Positions 39,130 through 50,929 of a DNA stretch of 64,000 nt are shown here, in pieces. Where the stretch lies: assembly GCF_030684315.1 (NCBI RefSeq), contig NC_081397.1:10006421-10070420 (forward strand), in the 5' to 3' direction. The notes under the pieces were generated by a model. That model was given only the letters and a program-made list of their open reading frames with translations. It was not told the origin of the DNA and did no database searches. The stretch is from Stegostoma tigrinum (Eukaryota). The position numbers were made by a program, and so were the translations under genes. Position 1 is the first letter of the stretch; each line of letters begins with the position of its first letter.

Positions 39130-40584
39130 CTGGATGAAAACAGAAGAGAAACATTCTGTAAATCAGCATCAGCCAAGTTTGACAATCTCAAACAGATTAA
39201 CGTATATTCAGTTGATAATTATTAGGATGTTTCTTTTCTTCAACTTCACCTGACAATGCAGCAGATCTCCAAAAGCTTGAGATTTTAAAATAAGCCTCTT
39301 GGACTATAACACAAATCATCAGACTTCTGCCTTTTCTTTGAAGCCATCAATTCAAACACAGGTCTAACTCAGCGAGGTCCAGAAACTGAACAATTGCACA
39401 GCTGCATCTAAAGGTGCTACCTGAGGATGCCGTAATATTGACACAGTTTGTGTTACGAGATCCCAACACACTAACTGTTGTAAAGAAGCACAACAGACAC
39501 TATTTCAAATGTTTTTACTCGAGACATATAATCTGTTGACTCCAATCTGCGTCCTTTACAGGATTCTTATGTTTCCACCATCTTGTCTGTGTTTCCACTA
39601 TTCAATGCACAATGTCAACAAACAGTGTGAAACAGTAGCCAAACAAGCAACATTTGGGGCAGGGCCACCAATGGCATGGACTGCTTTTCCCAATAATTCC
39701 CAACAACAAACATCAATGGGTCATTCCGTAATTCCCTTCTCTCCCACTGTCAAGAATGCAACTGGGGCTGTGGGGAAAAGGGCAGAGAATGCTTCAAGCT
39801 GAGGCATTGGCCCTTTGTGGAGCTATAATAGATTTCTTTCGCAGGTCATGTTAATAACTCCCTGCCTCCACCTCTCTCAGAATTGAATGAGCAATGTTTG
39901 GGCTGCCCAAGTCTAAGAGACACCGAATGGCTGGCAGCTAAGCTGTTCCTCTAGCCCTGCTGCATATAACTGACACGTGGTTAAACAGAATGAAAAAAGC
40001 CTGCTCCAGCATTTAACAAAGACACAATGGTACTTTTGAGAAGAGGTTATTCCGAGGCAAAAGGGAGCATTGCACAAACAACAGCTGCAAGATTTGTTGG
40101 AGACAGTTTGAAGGTTTGCAACAGTCCCTTTAATGAAAGGATGTTGTCCCATTAGATGAATATAGTTAGTTAGGACGAGGGGTGTCAATCATCCCAAAGA
40201 CAGCTGGCCTAGCTCATCATGAAAACAGCAGATAACTCCATCTTGCAGCAATATTCACGCTATTAAGAAATTGGTTCCAGTTAAAGATCCTTCAGATGGA
40301 TTTCAATGTAATTCTAAATCTATATATAAGCATTAGGGGAGAAGATTCAGATATGGGTATGAAAGTTAATTAGTCTCCAGAAGCTTTCCTATGTCACTAA
40401 AGGAATGCCTGGTGCATCCTATAAGAAGCAAATGGCTCACAATTCATTCGCACCAACAGAGCTAAGAGTAGGGTAAGCAAAATGCTTTAAATAAAACTCA
40501 CTTTATAATATAATTAATATCATGAATCTCATAGCAAGTCGTAAGAATCAACTCAGCAATAGTCAGCCCTGCCAATGCTGCAGT

Positions 40585-40720
40585 TGGAGATAACACAATG
40601 TGGAGCTGGAGGAACACAGCAGGCCAGGCAGCATCAGAGATGCAGGAAAGTTTAAGTTGTGGGTCAGGACTCTTCTTCAGAAGCATCAACTTTCCTGCTA
40701 CTCTGATGCGGCCTGGCCTC
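40585..40720. mobile_element. Fold-back PLE pLTR-derived mini-element
   Basis: GGCCAGGCAGCATCAGAG...CAGGAAAG and CTTTCCTG...CTCTGATGCGGCCTGGCC form inverted arms around a decayed CTGAAGA motif. Confidence 0.75.
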
Positions 40721-41422
40721 CTAGTAGGAGTCAACTGTCTGTTTTATTATAATTCAGACAGTGGGAAAATAAGAGGAGTAACAGAATTTAATAGAGACAC
40801 AAAATTAATACAATTGACAGCAGAATTCAAGCTAGCCTGATAGGCAAGCGATTCTGGGGCATGACTGAAGGTGTACAGCCAGTAACTTTGAAAAGCGAAT
40901 TAATAGATGCATGGAAAGGTCCCATGGCCTGGTGATTACATTGTCTGTTAAACATTATCAGATTGTGGTGAACCTTGGCCTGTCTAATAGAGGGTCCATC
41001 TTCAGTTAGGAGTTTCAAAGGATTGGTTGTATAGAATAAGGGGAAAGGCACAGTGGTCCAGTTGCATTGGATCACTGTAACAAAACGTATAATATTGTAT
41101 TCCACTGTGAGAATCAGAGTGTCATCAATCAAAAATACCCTCACTTAATGTGAATTCAATGTAGTTATTGAGAGTATATTTGTGACATGAATTCAATCTA
41201 TTCTCTTCAAATGCTGTGAATGACAATGGGCTGTCAAAAATGACCTTTACTGGAACTGGGTTAGATTATATTGAGAAGAGGAAAAAAAAGGTTACATTTG
41301 TATTTTGTTGGTGGCATTTGATCGCTGGTTTAATTGTTTCTTTCTGGAAATTGCGTTCAATGCGAGTTACTTAAACCGCGACTGTGGAAAGGACAGTCTC
41401 CGCTCTGACAGTGGGAACGTAC

Positions 41423-42414
41423 CTGCTGTTAGTAGGAGCAGCTAGTCACACTTGGTGTTGCACCACGGAAATGTGACATTGTCTTGGCACAACAGATAAT
41501 TGCCTGGAGAAAGGCAAAAGAGAATTCGCCCGTAAATCGACATCCACCGAGTTTCACAACATCAAAACTCATCAAGAGAAAATTTCGTGAATACTCATGA
41601 TAATTCCTTGTTTTAAAGCCAACGAGTCGAACAGAAAAGGGTCCGGTTACACAACTAACCCGGGTTCCTCCTCTTTCTTTTAGCGAAATTCTAAAACAAT
41701 TTACTGAGATACAAAAACTAACCAGATCCACGAATGGAATGCTGACACGGTTCAATATCCAGCTCCCAATACACGAACTATTGAAGGGAAGCACAACAGG
41801 CACGATTTCAAATATTTTGCTGGAAACTCTTAATCCGGTGACTGCTATGTTTCTCCTTCGCGGGATGAGCCCGTTTGCACACACTGCTTTGTTTTATTCA
41901 CGGTTCAATGCAAACTCGCAACTAACAGCGTGAAACAGCAGCCAAACAATGAATTTCCATCAGTGTTTAGAAGACTAAAAGCTACAAGCCTGACCCCCAG
42001 CAGCAGCTTCTTGCCGCTGTGTCTCCCTCCGCAGGCCCACACACAGCCCGAGAAAGGCCTCCCTCTCCCCGCCCCCAGGCCGCTCACTCCAAGTTCCGGG
42101 ACCAGTTCCTGCTCCGCTCCGCCTCTTACCAACAGCCCACGGTTCTCCCTGAACTGAGCCCGAATCAATGCCGGTCTCGGACCCCCCTCTGTGCCCCAGA
42201 CTCACATCTCGATGCGCTGCTGGAAGGAGCCTGCTGTTCCCTCGCTTCCCTGGGCGCTGGTCTCTCCATTGCGGCCTGTTTCAAACAAATCTCTTCCACT
42301 CACTGAGTCAATGCCCCTCAATGGCGGCTCAGCGGAAAGCTTCACGCATGCGCTCCTCTGGTCAGCAACAAGCAGCTTTTTTCGGGGTGGGGATGGCAAG
42401 GATCACGCATGCGC
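41423..42414 (-). ncRNA. Putative spliced transcription unit, copy 2 (exon 1 ending at 42206; exon 2 41423-41503)
   Basis: Two NRF1-type sites (42344-42353, 42405-42414), GAGAT|GTGAGT donor, CTTTCTCCAG| acceptor, CAG|GTACGT donor. 41930-42360 is roughly 90-95% identical to 16210-16630. Confidence 0.45.
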
Positions 42415-42459
42415 TGATTTCCCCGCTGAGTCCCAGAAACAAACATCAATTGGTTACTT

Positions 42460-42687
42460 GTCCGTCTTCCCTGGACTGACCTATCCCCTCCCTACCTCCC
42501 CACCCACACCTTCTCCACCTATCTTCTTTACTCTCCATCTTCGGTCCGCCTCCCCCTCTCTCCCTATTTATTCCAGTTCCCTCCCCCCATTCCCCTCTCT
42601 GATGAAGGGTCTCGGGCCGAAACGTCAGCTTTTGTGCTCCTGAGATGCTGCTTGGCCTGCTGTGTTCATCCAGCCTCACATTTTATT
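42460..42687 (+). mobile_element. 228-bp solo PLE pLTR fragment with hammerhead motif, 15-bp TSD
   Basis: TSD ATCAATTGGTTACTT at 42445-42459 and 42688-42702. CTGATGAAGGGTCTCGGGCCGAAACGTC at 42599-42626. Confidence 0.9.
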
Positions 42688-43289
42688 ATCAATTGGTTAC
42701 TTCCCCAGTTCCCTTTCCTCCCAGTTTAAGCAAAGCGAATGGAGGCTGTGGGGGAAATGGCATAAAGTGTTTCAAACTGGGGCATTGGCCCTTTGTGAAG
42801 CTCCAATGGAGCTCTTTCCCGGGTCATGTTAATATCTGCCTCCCCCGGCTTTCTCACAATCTGGTGGGGAAGCGGAGAAGCTGGCAGCCGTTCGGCCCAT
42901 TTAATATTCTCTACTATTCAATAAAATCACGTCTGATCTCATGTTAACTGTGATATTTAATTCTGCTGGCCTTCGTCCCATATTGACTCTGTCAAGGTAA
43001 CACAGAGCGATGGAATAAATGCGACATTATTACGAAGGCAGAATGTAACTGCTGTGGGGTGTCTTGCAGCGCAGAGGTAGTTTCCCTGTTTCTGGGTCAG
43101 GTGGGCCGTGCTAAAGCCACACCCGGACCAGAGGAGTGTAATAATATCCCTGGGCCCGATGCAAATACCAGTTTGGAATTGATGACTGATTTTATTCTCA
43201 GTATGCAGCAGGCAGAAACCTTGTGATGAATGGGTTACCGCAACGAATGACCCACCTGTTTTTTCTTGTTTGCGCATTCCTGGGAAGAG

Positions 43290-44200
43290 GACGTCTCTGG
43301 CTTGGTCCAGCATTTATTGCGCGTCCCTAGTTGCCCCCATTGAGAAGTTGGTGCTGAGCCACCTTCTAAAATAGTTCTGGTCCATATGCTGCCCACATTG
43401 CAGTTCGCAGGTAGATCCAGGGTCTTGATTCAGAGACAGTGAAGGCAAGGAGACGTATTTTCAAGTTAGGATTGTGGGTGATTGGAGGGGAACGTGCCTA
43501 GTATCAAGGTGGTGTTCCTCCACATCAACTGCCCAAGCCCTTTTAAATGGATATATTCGTGAGTATGGATGGTGGTCTTTTTACAGTCTACAAAACTGTC
43601 ATTTTAGAGGGCTATTTAACACTGTTTTTGAAATTTGAGAAAAGATTCACGAGTATTTGCAGAGTATGTAAGGCTCGAGTCATATAGAAAGGATGGATAG
43701 GTGTCAAGATCCAGAACGTTTCCTGTCCCTAAGATGCTGCTTGACCTGCTGGGTTCAATAAGTTCCACACCGTGTTTTCATGGATAGGCTGGGGCTTTTA
43801 TTCACTGGAGAGTAGGATGTTGAGAAGTCACCTTCTCACAGTTTGTAAAATACTGATGGGGTGAGACAGAGTTAATGGTCGTTGAACTTTGTCTGGGATG
43901 GAGGGAATAGAAAACCAGGGCAGACATTTTAATGTTACAGGCGAGATATTTAAAAAAAAGACGCGAGGGGCGTTTTTTTAAACATAGAACACGGAAGGAT
44001 GTGGAATAAACTACCTGTCGAAATGGTCGACGTGGCTATAATTACATTAAAGCGACATTTGGAGAAGTGCATAAACACGACAGTTTTGAAAAGAAATAGG
44101 TCAGGGACAGGGAGATGGAACTAATTCAATTTGGTATTATACTCGGCATCTACTGATTGGACTGAACGGTCTGTATCCTCACTCTATGACTCTGTATGGG
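43290..44200. mobile_element. Decayed LINE/CR1 fragments with a nested 78-bp pLTR piece
   Basis: CR1 3' region (SYRKGWIG/DRLGL-like, GLNGL tail). Nested insert 43702-43779 has TSD ATGGATAGG. Confidence 0.65.
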
Positions 44201-45012
44201 AGAAAAAAAAACAGAGACAGGCCATTGAGTTGGATGATCTGCCATTTTCATGGTGAGTGGGAGGAGAGGTTTGAAGGGCTGATGGGTGTTATTTGCCCAG
44301 TTGCTATTCTTTACGTTTATATGAGTGTGATTCCCAGAAACGATGTTGAGTATTGTCACTGCAATTGAAAAAAAAACTGATCTCGGTGATCAATGTAACT
44401 TCAAACCAGATGATTGGCTCTTGCAGCTGAATATGCAGCAGAACGAATCTCCGGCGCACAGACCTCGGAGAGTTTCACAATGACTGAGGAGAAAAACTAC
44501 AACTAATTTCCTGGGTACCGGAGCACAGGCTGAAAGGGGGAGAAAGTACATCCTCCCACAGGTACATTTAGAGATATTTCTGCCCTGTGACTGTATGGAT
44601 GTGAATATTGAGTCAGAGAGACTGTCGGAAAAGGGCGGGCGGGATAGTCACACGTAAATGTGCTTGTGTGTCCGCTCATATCATGATATTTCCACGTCTC
44701 TCTTGTGCAAATCAAAAAGATTTTCATTTCAAATCATCCCCCTGCTCCTCCACTAAACCTTAAAGATAGAATTCAAGGCAATATATTTGTTGATTTCAAG
44801 ATTTCAGTCTAAAAGTGATGATAATGCCAGCGCTCAGCTCAGACAGCGCGATCAGTGCAGCAGCAAAATGCGGTAAAATCGACAACGGAGCCGTCAATTC
44901 GAGTGAAAACCTTTCAGCCGCAAACCTTCCTGTGTCAGGGTCAGGAACGATCGAGCCTGGCTCTCTGGAGATGCGGAATTGCAGAGGAATTGGAGAGTTT
45001 GTGCCGAGAGAG

Positions 45013-45086
45013 AAACACAGACAGGCAGCAGGAGCAGGGAGCTGAGGGCAGGTTGTCTCCGCGCCGTCCGCTCGCTGCCTTTAAGT
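45013..45086 (+). promoter_or_regulatory. H1 promoter: H1 (AC) box, GC-like box, TATA variant
   Basis: AAACACA at 45013-45019, GAGGGCAGG at ~45044, and CCTTTAAG at ~45078-45085 at the expected TATA position. Confidence 0.6.
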
Positions 45087-45165
45087 TGCTCAGTGCCGCC
45101 ACCAGCAGCTTCATTGCTGACCCAGTTCAGTTTGACAGAGAGAGATTCAGCGCAGAGTTCCCGAT

Positions 45166-45804
45166 ATGAGCGACAGTGCAGCCGCCGAAACGGCTCCTCC
45201 AGCCTCCGCCAGCACCAAACCCAAGTCTCCCAAGAAGAAGGCGGCGGCGGCTCCCAGGAAGAAACCAGCCGGTCCCGGGTTGGGCGAGCGGATTGTGAAG
45301 ATTGTCGGGGAGAACAGCGATCGGAGGGGGACGTCTCTGGTCGCTATAAAGAAGGCGCTGCAGAGAAGCGGGGTCAATGTGGAGAAGCAAAATGCACAGA
45401 TCAGGATGGCTACCAAGAGGTGCCTGGCGAAAGGCTCCCTGGTTCTGGTGAAGGGCCAGGGCGTCTCCGGCTCCTTCAAACTCGCAAAGAATCCAGTCAA
45501 GGCAAAAGTGGGAAAGAAGGCGAGACCAGCAGCAGCCGCCAAGAAAGCAGCCGTGAAGAAAACAACGGCCAAGAAGGTGGCAGCGAAGAAATCCCCAGCC
45601 AAGAAAGCAACAGGCAAGAAAGCGGGCGGCAAGAAGGCAGCAACGCCAAAGAAAGCGGCGAAGAAAGCAGCGCCGAAGAAAAAGACTCCCGTGAAGAAGG
45701 TGATAAAGACCAAGAGTCCCAAGGCCGCAAAGCCGGCCCCGAAATCGAGGAAACCGAAGGCCAAGCCCAAAGCGAAAGTGACCAAGAAAGCAGCAAAGAA
45801 ATGA
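45166..45804 (+). CDS. H1: Linker histone H1, 212 aa
   Basis: MSDSAAAETAPPA N-terminus, winged-helix globular domain ending KGQGVSGSFKL, K/A/P-rich tail with S/T-P-x-K motifs. Intronless, with 3' stem-loop. Confidence 0.98.
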   Translation: MSDSAAAETAPPASASTKPKSPKKKAAAAPRKKPAGPGLGERIVKIVGENSDRRGTSLVAIKKALQRSGVNVEKQNAQIRMATKRCLAKGSLVLVKGQGVSGSFKLAKNPVKAKVGKKARPAAAAKKAAVKKTTAKKVAAKKSPAKKATGKKAGGKKAATPKKAAKKAAPKKKTPVKKVIKTKSPKAAKPAPKSRKPKAKPKAKVTKKAAKK

Positions 45805-45840
45805 AGCAGTCCATGTAACATGTAACAACCTGAACCCAAA

Positions 45841-45881
45841 GGCTCTTCTCAGAGCCGCCCACATCTCTCAGCAAAGAGCTG
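45841..45881 (+). terminator. Histone 3' stem-loop and HDE (H1)
   Basis: GGCTCTTCTCAGAGCC at 45841-45856 and U7-binding AAAGAGCTG at 45873-45881. Confidence 0.96.
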
Positions 45882-45903
45882 AGCCCGGATCGAATGATCC
45901 CTG

Positions 45904-46089
45904 AACTAACATGGTGCAGAGCTGGATGACCATAACAGGCCAAGCAGCATCAGAGGAGCAGGAAAGCTGACGTTTCGGGCCCAGATCCTTCTTCCTGCTT
46001 CTCTGGTGCTGCTCGGCTTGCTCTGTCCATCCGACTCTACCCCTTGTTATTACAGATTGTCCAGCATCTGTAATTCCGTCTATCTCTCA
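45904..46089. mobile_element. 186-bp fold-back PLE pLTR-derived insertion, 11-bp TSD
   Basis: TSD AATGATCCCTG at 45893-45903 and 46090-46100. Inverted arms surround a truncated hammerhead (GACGTTTCGGGCCCAGATCCTTCTTC). The empty site is seen in the H1 relic at ~20430. Confidence 0.9.
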
Positions 46090-46730
46090 AATGATCCCTG
46101 TCCCGGTTCCGAGTGCAGACACAGCATAAACTTGAATTGATTCGAGTAACTTAAATATCACATTTCCGAGAGCAGAGACTGAGAATGGGGATGGTATCAC
46201 ATGGGGAGGGTCACTGGAACTGCATCTGGCTATTTCATACCGCGACTTGTAATTCTGCCCAGACACAAATCTTACATAATGCAGTACATGCATCTCATTA
46301 ACCCTTCCACGAATGTTAATTTGTTTAATTTTGATGTTAGGACCTCTGGCGATGTTTTAATGGTGTATTCCTCCCATTTACCTGCGAAAGACATTTCAGG
46401 CAGTAATTACAAATTGTGTTCGGAATGCTTACAATCTGGGAGAAATAAACATGTCCCGAAAAAAAGGGATTTTGCAATTAATCGCTTTGAAGATGTTTAA
46501 TTCGGCGTGTTTGATAAGATTGATTAACCACGGTTACACGGCTGGTTGATCAGTTTGCCTGGGCTGTATCAAACCACGCGCTTCCCTCCTGCTTGTCACA
46601 AATGGATCAGGCAATGATCCCGTGTCCTGTCCGCGCTGTGGGCAAGCTCGGTTTGAAACAAATTGGTGTTAGCAGCGCAGGGGTGTTCCTTACTCCCAAA
46701 CCACCAAGACGCCGGCAGCCGATGAAAGGA

Positions 46731-47713
46731 GCGCATGCGTGAGACCCTCCCCCAGCGCTGGCATTGACGAGTGTTGACTCAGTGAGTGGAAGTGGTTTGT
46801 TTGAAACAGGCCGCAATGGAGTGACCAGCGCCCAGGGAAGCGAGGGAACAGCGGGCTCCTTCCAGCAGCGCATCGAGATGTGAGTCTGGGACACAGAGGG
46901 CGGCTCAGTTCAGGGAGAACCGGGGGCTGTTGGTAAGAGGCGGAGGGGAGCAGGAACTGGTCCCGGAACTTGGAGTGAGCGGCTTGGGGGCGGGGAGAGA
47001 GAGGCCTTTCTCGGGCTGTGTGTGGGCCTGCTGAGGGAAACACAGCGCCAAGAAGCTGCTGCTGGGGATCAGTCTTGTAGCTTTTAGTCTTCTAAACACT
47101 GATGGAAATTCATTGTTTGGCTGCTGTTTCACGCTGTTAGTTGCCAGTTGTGGGGCTTCCGATAAAGGACGTAGATTGGAGTTAACAGATTATACGTCTC
47201 GGGGGGAAAAACACATTTGAAACAGCGGCTGCTGTTCTTTTCAACAGTGTGTTGGGATCTGGTAACATGAGCTGTGTCAACAGTGTAGCATCTTCAGGTC
47301 GCACCTCAGATGGAGCTTTGCAATTATTGCTCAGTTTCTGAATCTCACTCCGTTGCTATCGAATGAAATATTTGAAAAAAAATTCCTCAGACAAGGAGCA
47401 GCTCGATGTAAGAATGGAATCAGACTTGTGTTTGAATTGATGCCCTTTAAAGAAAAGACTGTGTCAAGAGAATTCTATGCTGTGGTCCAACAGGCTTATT
47501 TTGGAGTTCTGTTGCTTTGGGAGTTGAAGTTCAAGAAACGAAACACCCTAAAAACTGTTCACTGAATATATGTTAATCTGATTGATATTGTCAAATTGGG
47601 CTGATGTTGATTTACAGGAGAACTCTTCTGTCTTCCTCCAGGAAAATACTCGAAGAAACAATATTTCCTTGTTACAAAGCCAAGTGTGAGCAGTTGCTTC
47701 TAACTAACACCAG
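46731..47713 (+). ncRNA. Putative spliced transcription unit, copy 3, inverted (exon 1 ending at 46879; exon 2 47642-47713)
   Basis: GCGCATGCGT at 46731-46740, GAGAT|GTGAGT at 46879/46880, TCTTCTGTCTTCCTCCAG| acceptor. The exon-2 donor is GCATGT. ATG-GAG-TGA closes the exon-1 frame. Confidence 0.45.
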
Positions 47714-48019
47714 GCATGTTCCTGCGATCAGAATGGAGAATATCTTTTCCAGAGTCAGAGTGGATTGGATCAGACTTGTTTTGAGCTCAATTTCCAGAGA
47801 CTTGTCCAAGGAAACAACTAACCAAGCACAACTGAGGAAAGGCAAGTTTATTTTTTTTGTTTTCATTGTCAATTGACATCATGCTCGTTCCAATTAATAT
47901 CATTTGTAGCCCCTTAACATTCACATCATGTTTGAAATGTTAACAGCTGACTCCTTCTTGAAAGTACTGAAAACAGGAACTGAATCAAGTTTGCATTTAG
48001 GAAAGGTATTTTATAATAT

Positions 48020-49810
48020 CTCAAACCGGATAGAGAGAGACTCCTCCTACCACCCCTTTGATCATGACCCTGCCCCAATCGCCAAAACAATATCATCTCC
48101 CAGACCATCCACAACCTCAGCACCTCAGGTACTCTCCTGCCAACAGCCTCTGACCTCATCTTTCCCCAACGCCATGTTAACTGTTTCTGCCTTATCCCCA
48201 AAATCCACAAACCCGACTGCCCCGTTGATGCACACTGTCTCTCACGCTCCCACTTTCTGCAGTCAAATTGGGTGGCCACAGGTACCCGCATGGGCCCAAG
48301 CTATTCCTGCCTCTTGTAGGATACATGGACCAGCCCCTCTTCTGCAGCTACACTGGCCCCACCCCCACCTCTTCCTCCGTTATTTCGATGACTGTATCGG
48401 TGCTACCTCGTACTTCCTCAAGGAACTCACAGTTCATCCACTTTACTAACAGCTTCCACCCCAAGTTTAACTTCACCTGGACCATCTTAAGTACATCTCT
48501 CTCCTTCCTGGACAACTCTGTTTGCATTTCTGGAAACTGGTAACTAATTCAAGCCAACCAACTGCCACAGCTACCTAGAATACACCTCCCCTCCCCTACC
48601 TTCCGGCAAGAATGCCATCCCCTATTCCCAATTCCTTCCTCTGTTTCATCTGCTCCCGAGATGAGGCATTCCAATCCCGGTCATTGCAGACGTCCTTGTT
48701 TTTCAAGGACTGCATTTCCACTCCACAGTGGCTGAATATGCCCTTGACCTCATCGCTCTCATTTCTGCAACTTGTCTCTTCCACACCCTCTTCACAATAA
48801 CAAAAAAGACAGAATCTCCTTTGTCATCACGTATCACTCCAACAAACTCAGGATTCAACGCATCTTCCTCCGCCACTTCTGCCACCTTCAATCTCACCCC
48901 ACTCCCAAGGACACTTTTCCCTCCCCAACCCTATCAACCTTCCAGAGGGACTTCTCTCTCTGACTCCCTCGTCCACTTCACACTCCCCATAGCCCCACCG
49001 CACCTGGCACATTTCACTGGAACCACAGAAAGCGCTACACCTGCCCCAATATCTCTCTCCCCTTATCTCCATCCCAGGTCCCAAGAAAACCTTCCATGTT
49101 AAACAGATGTTCATCTGTATGTCCAGTAATACATTGTGTTGTGTCCACTGTTCCCGATGTGGCCCCCTCTACATTGGGGAAACCAAGCGGAGGCTTGGAA
49201 ACCACTTTGAACACCTACGCTCACATCGTGACAAACGACTGCACCTCCCCAGTCATGAACCACTTCAACACCCCCTCCCACTCGTTGGACAACATGTCCA
49301 TCCCAGGCCGCCTCCAGTGCCACAACGTTGCCACCGGAAGGATGCACGAGCAGCAGCTCATATTTCACTTGGGAGCCCTGCAGCACAATGTTCTCAACGA
49401 GGGCGTCAAAATCTCTCCACCCCAAACCCATCCCTGCCTCCTTGACCTGTCCATCTTTTCTCCAACCAATCTGCTTCTCCCACCTCACTGATCAACCCCC
49501 ACTGGCACTTCGGCCTACTAACCTTAGCCCTGCCTCCTTGACCTGTCAGCCTTCCCTCAACCCACATCTGACCTCCCTCCTACACTTAACGTTACTGGCT
49601 CCAGCCCTGCCTCCTTGACTGGCCATCTTCTCTCCACCTATCTGGTCCTTTATCCACCTTTCGTCATCATCTCCTCACTTCTCTCTATTTATTGCAGAGT
49701 CCCTTTCTCTTCCCACATTTCTGACAAAAGTGTTCGGTCCAAAAATGTCAGCTCGCCTGCTCCTCTGCTGCCTGACCTGCTGTGTTCATCCAGCTCTACA
49801 CCTTGTTACC
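48020..49810 (+). mobile_element. Penelope-like (Neptune-type) element, decayed RT + GIY-YIG + pLTR
   Basis: GVATGTRMGPSY, FLRYFDDCIG, NSFHPKFNFTW..LSFLD and CVHCSRCGPLYIGETKRRL. pLTR has internal triplication (49430-49640) and a decayed hammerhead at 49721-49749. Confidence 0.9.
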
Positions 49811-50929
49811 CTCTCAAAGGAAGACATCATGTTACATAGTTTGAACAACCACGTCTGACAAGTAGCACATCACTACTGAGCACATGCAGACACATAGACA
49901 AAGCTGCTGACTGAGTCCCAAATATGCTCATTGTATCAACACATAACATACAAAGACTGGGTATACATTGTTGTCATACACACTGCAGGTAACAGAAGCA
50001 AATACATAGAAAATGTTTACAGCTCTGTTTTAAGAAAAGCAAGAGAGTCTACCAGACAGAAAAAAAATACCTTTCAGCCCATGGGGTTGATAGTAGACAA
50101 AAACAAGCACCTGACAATTCTGATCCCGTTCAGCCAGCATTCCATTTCAATAAGTGTGCCATGGCAGTATACGATTTGCCAACCCCAACCTTATCACAAC
50201 GTGATTCTCGATGTGTTCACCTTCAGGAATAGAAACCATATTTTCTGTCTGTCTTGCAAAATTTCTATTTTTTGGGTGGGGTGAAGCATTGAAGTGAATT
50301 TGGCAACTAAGTTAAACAGTTTTCTAGTGTCACTTGTCCCTCCCAATGAAATATTCCAGAAACACGCAAGAAAACAGAATGCTGTTTCTTCACGTTAGTG
50401 ATGTAATCATCATTTAAAGCAACGAAGAATGATCCATTTAACTAAATCTTGTAATTGTCAAATTTTACTTTCTCACAGTTTGACCATATTCAATAAGGTT
50501 AAATCTTCTCCACTGTAAGACAGAAAATACAAGTCCTTTTTCTTTCTTCATCCCCACGACAGCGCATTGTCAGTGTATTGCTGATGCCATGTGCCATTGC
50601 ACAACAGAGCAGGGTTCTGTAATATCCACGGTAGTATAATTCAGTGAATTAGCCGATACCCTTTCCTGTAGAAGGAACCTCGTGGTCATTCAGCTGAATA
50701 CAGTTGATTTGTTCATTGCCCTTTTCCTTTAGACTCAAAGAAAGGAATGCCACATCAATCTATTCCCTCAGCATTATTAACAAAATTCTGTTCCTGTGTA
50801 CACAGAAAAGCTGATGTCACCTTGAAGAACAGCCCTTGATACAATTTCTGATAGTTAGACTCTGCTCCCTTGGAGTTACAAAACCTTTTTGCTTTTACAT
50901 TACACAATCCATTGCACAAAACAAATGCA

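Noticed and set aside
44979-45943. 279-aa alternative-frame and 230-245 aa antisense ORFs over H1
   Set aside because: By-products of AAG/GCN-rich codon usage; low complexity and no ATG start.
48020-49810. Active autonomous Penelope element
   Set aside because: RT is internally deleted and frameshifted; no full ORF.
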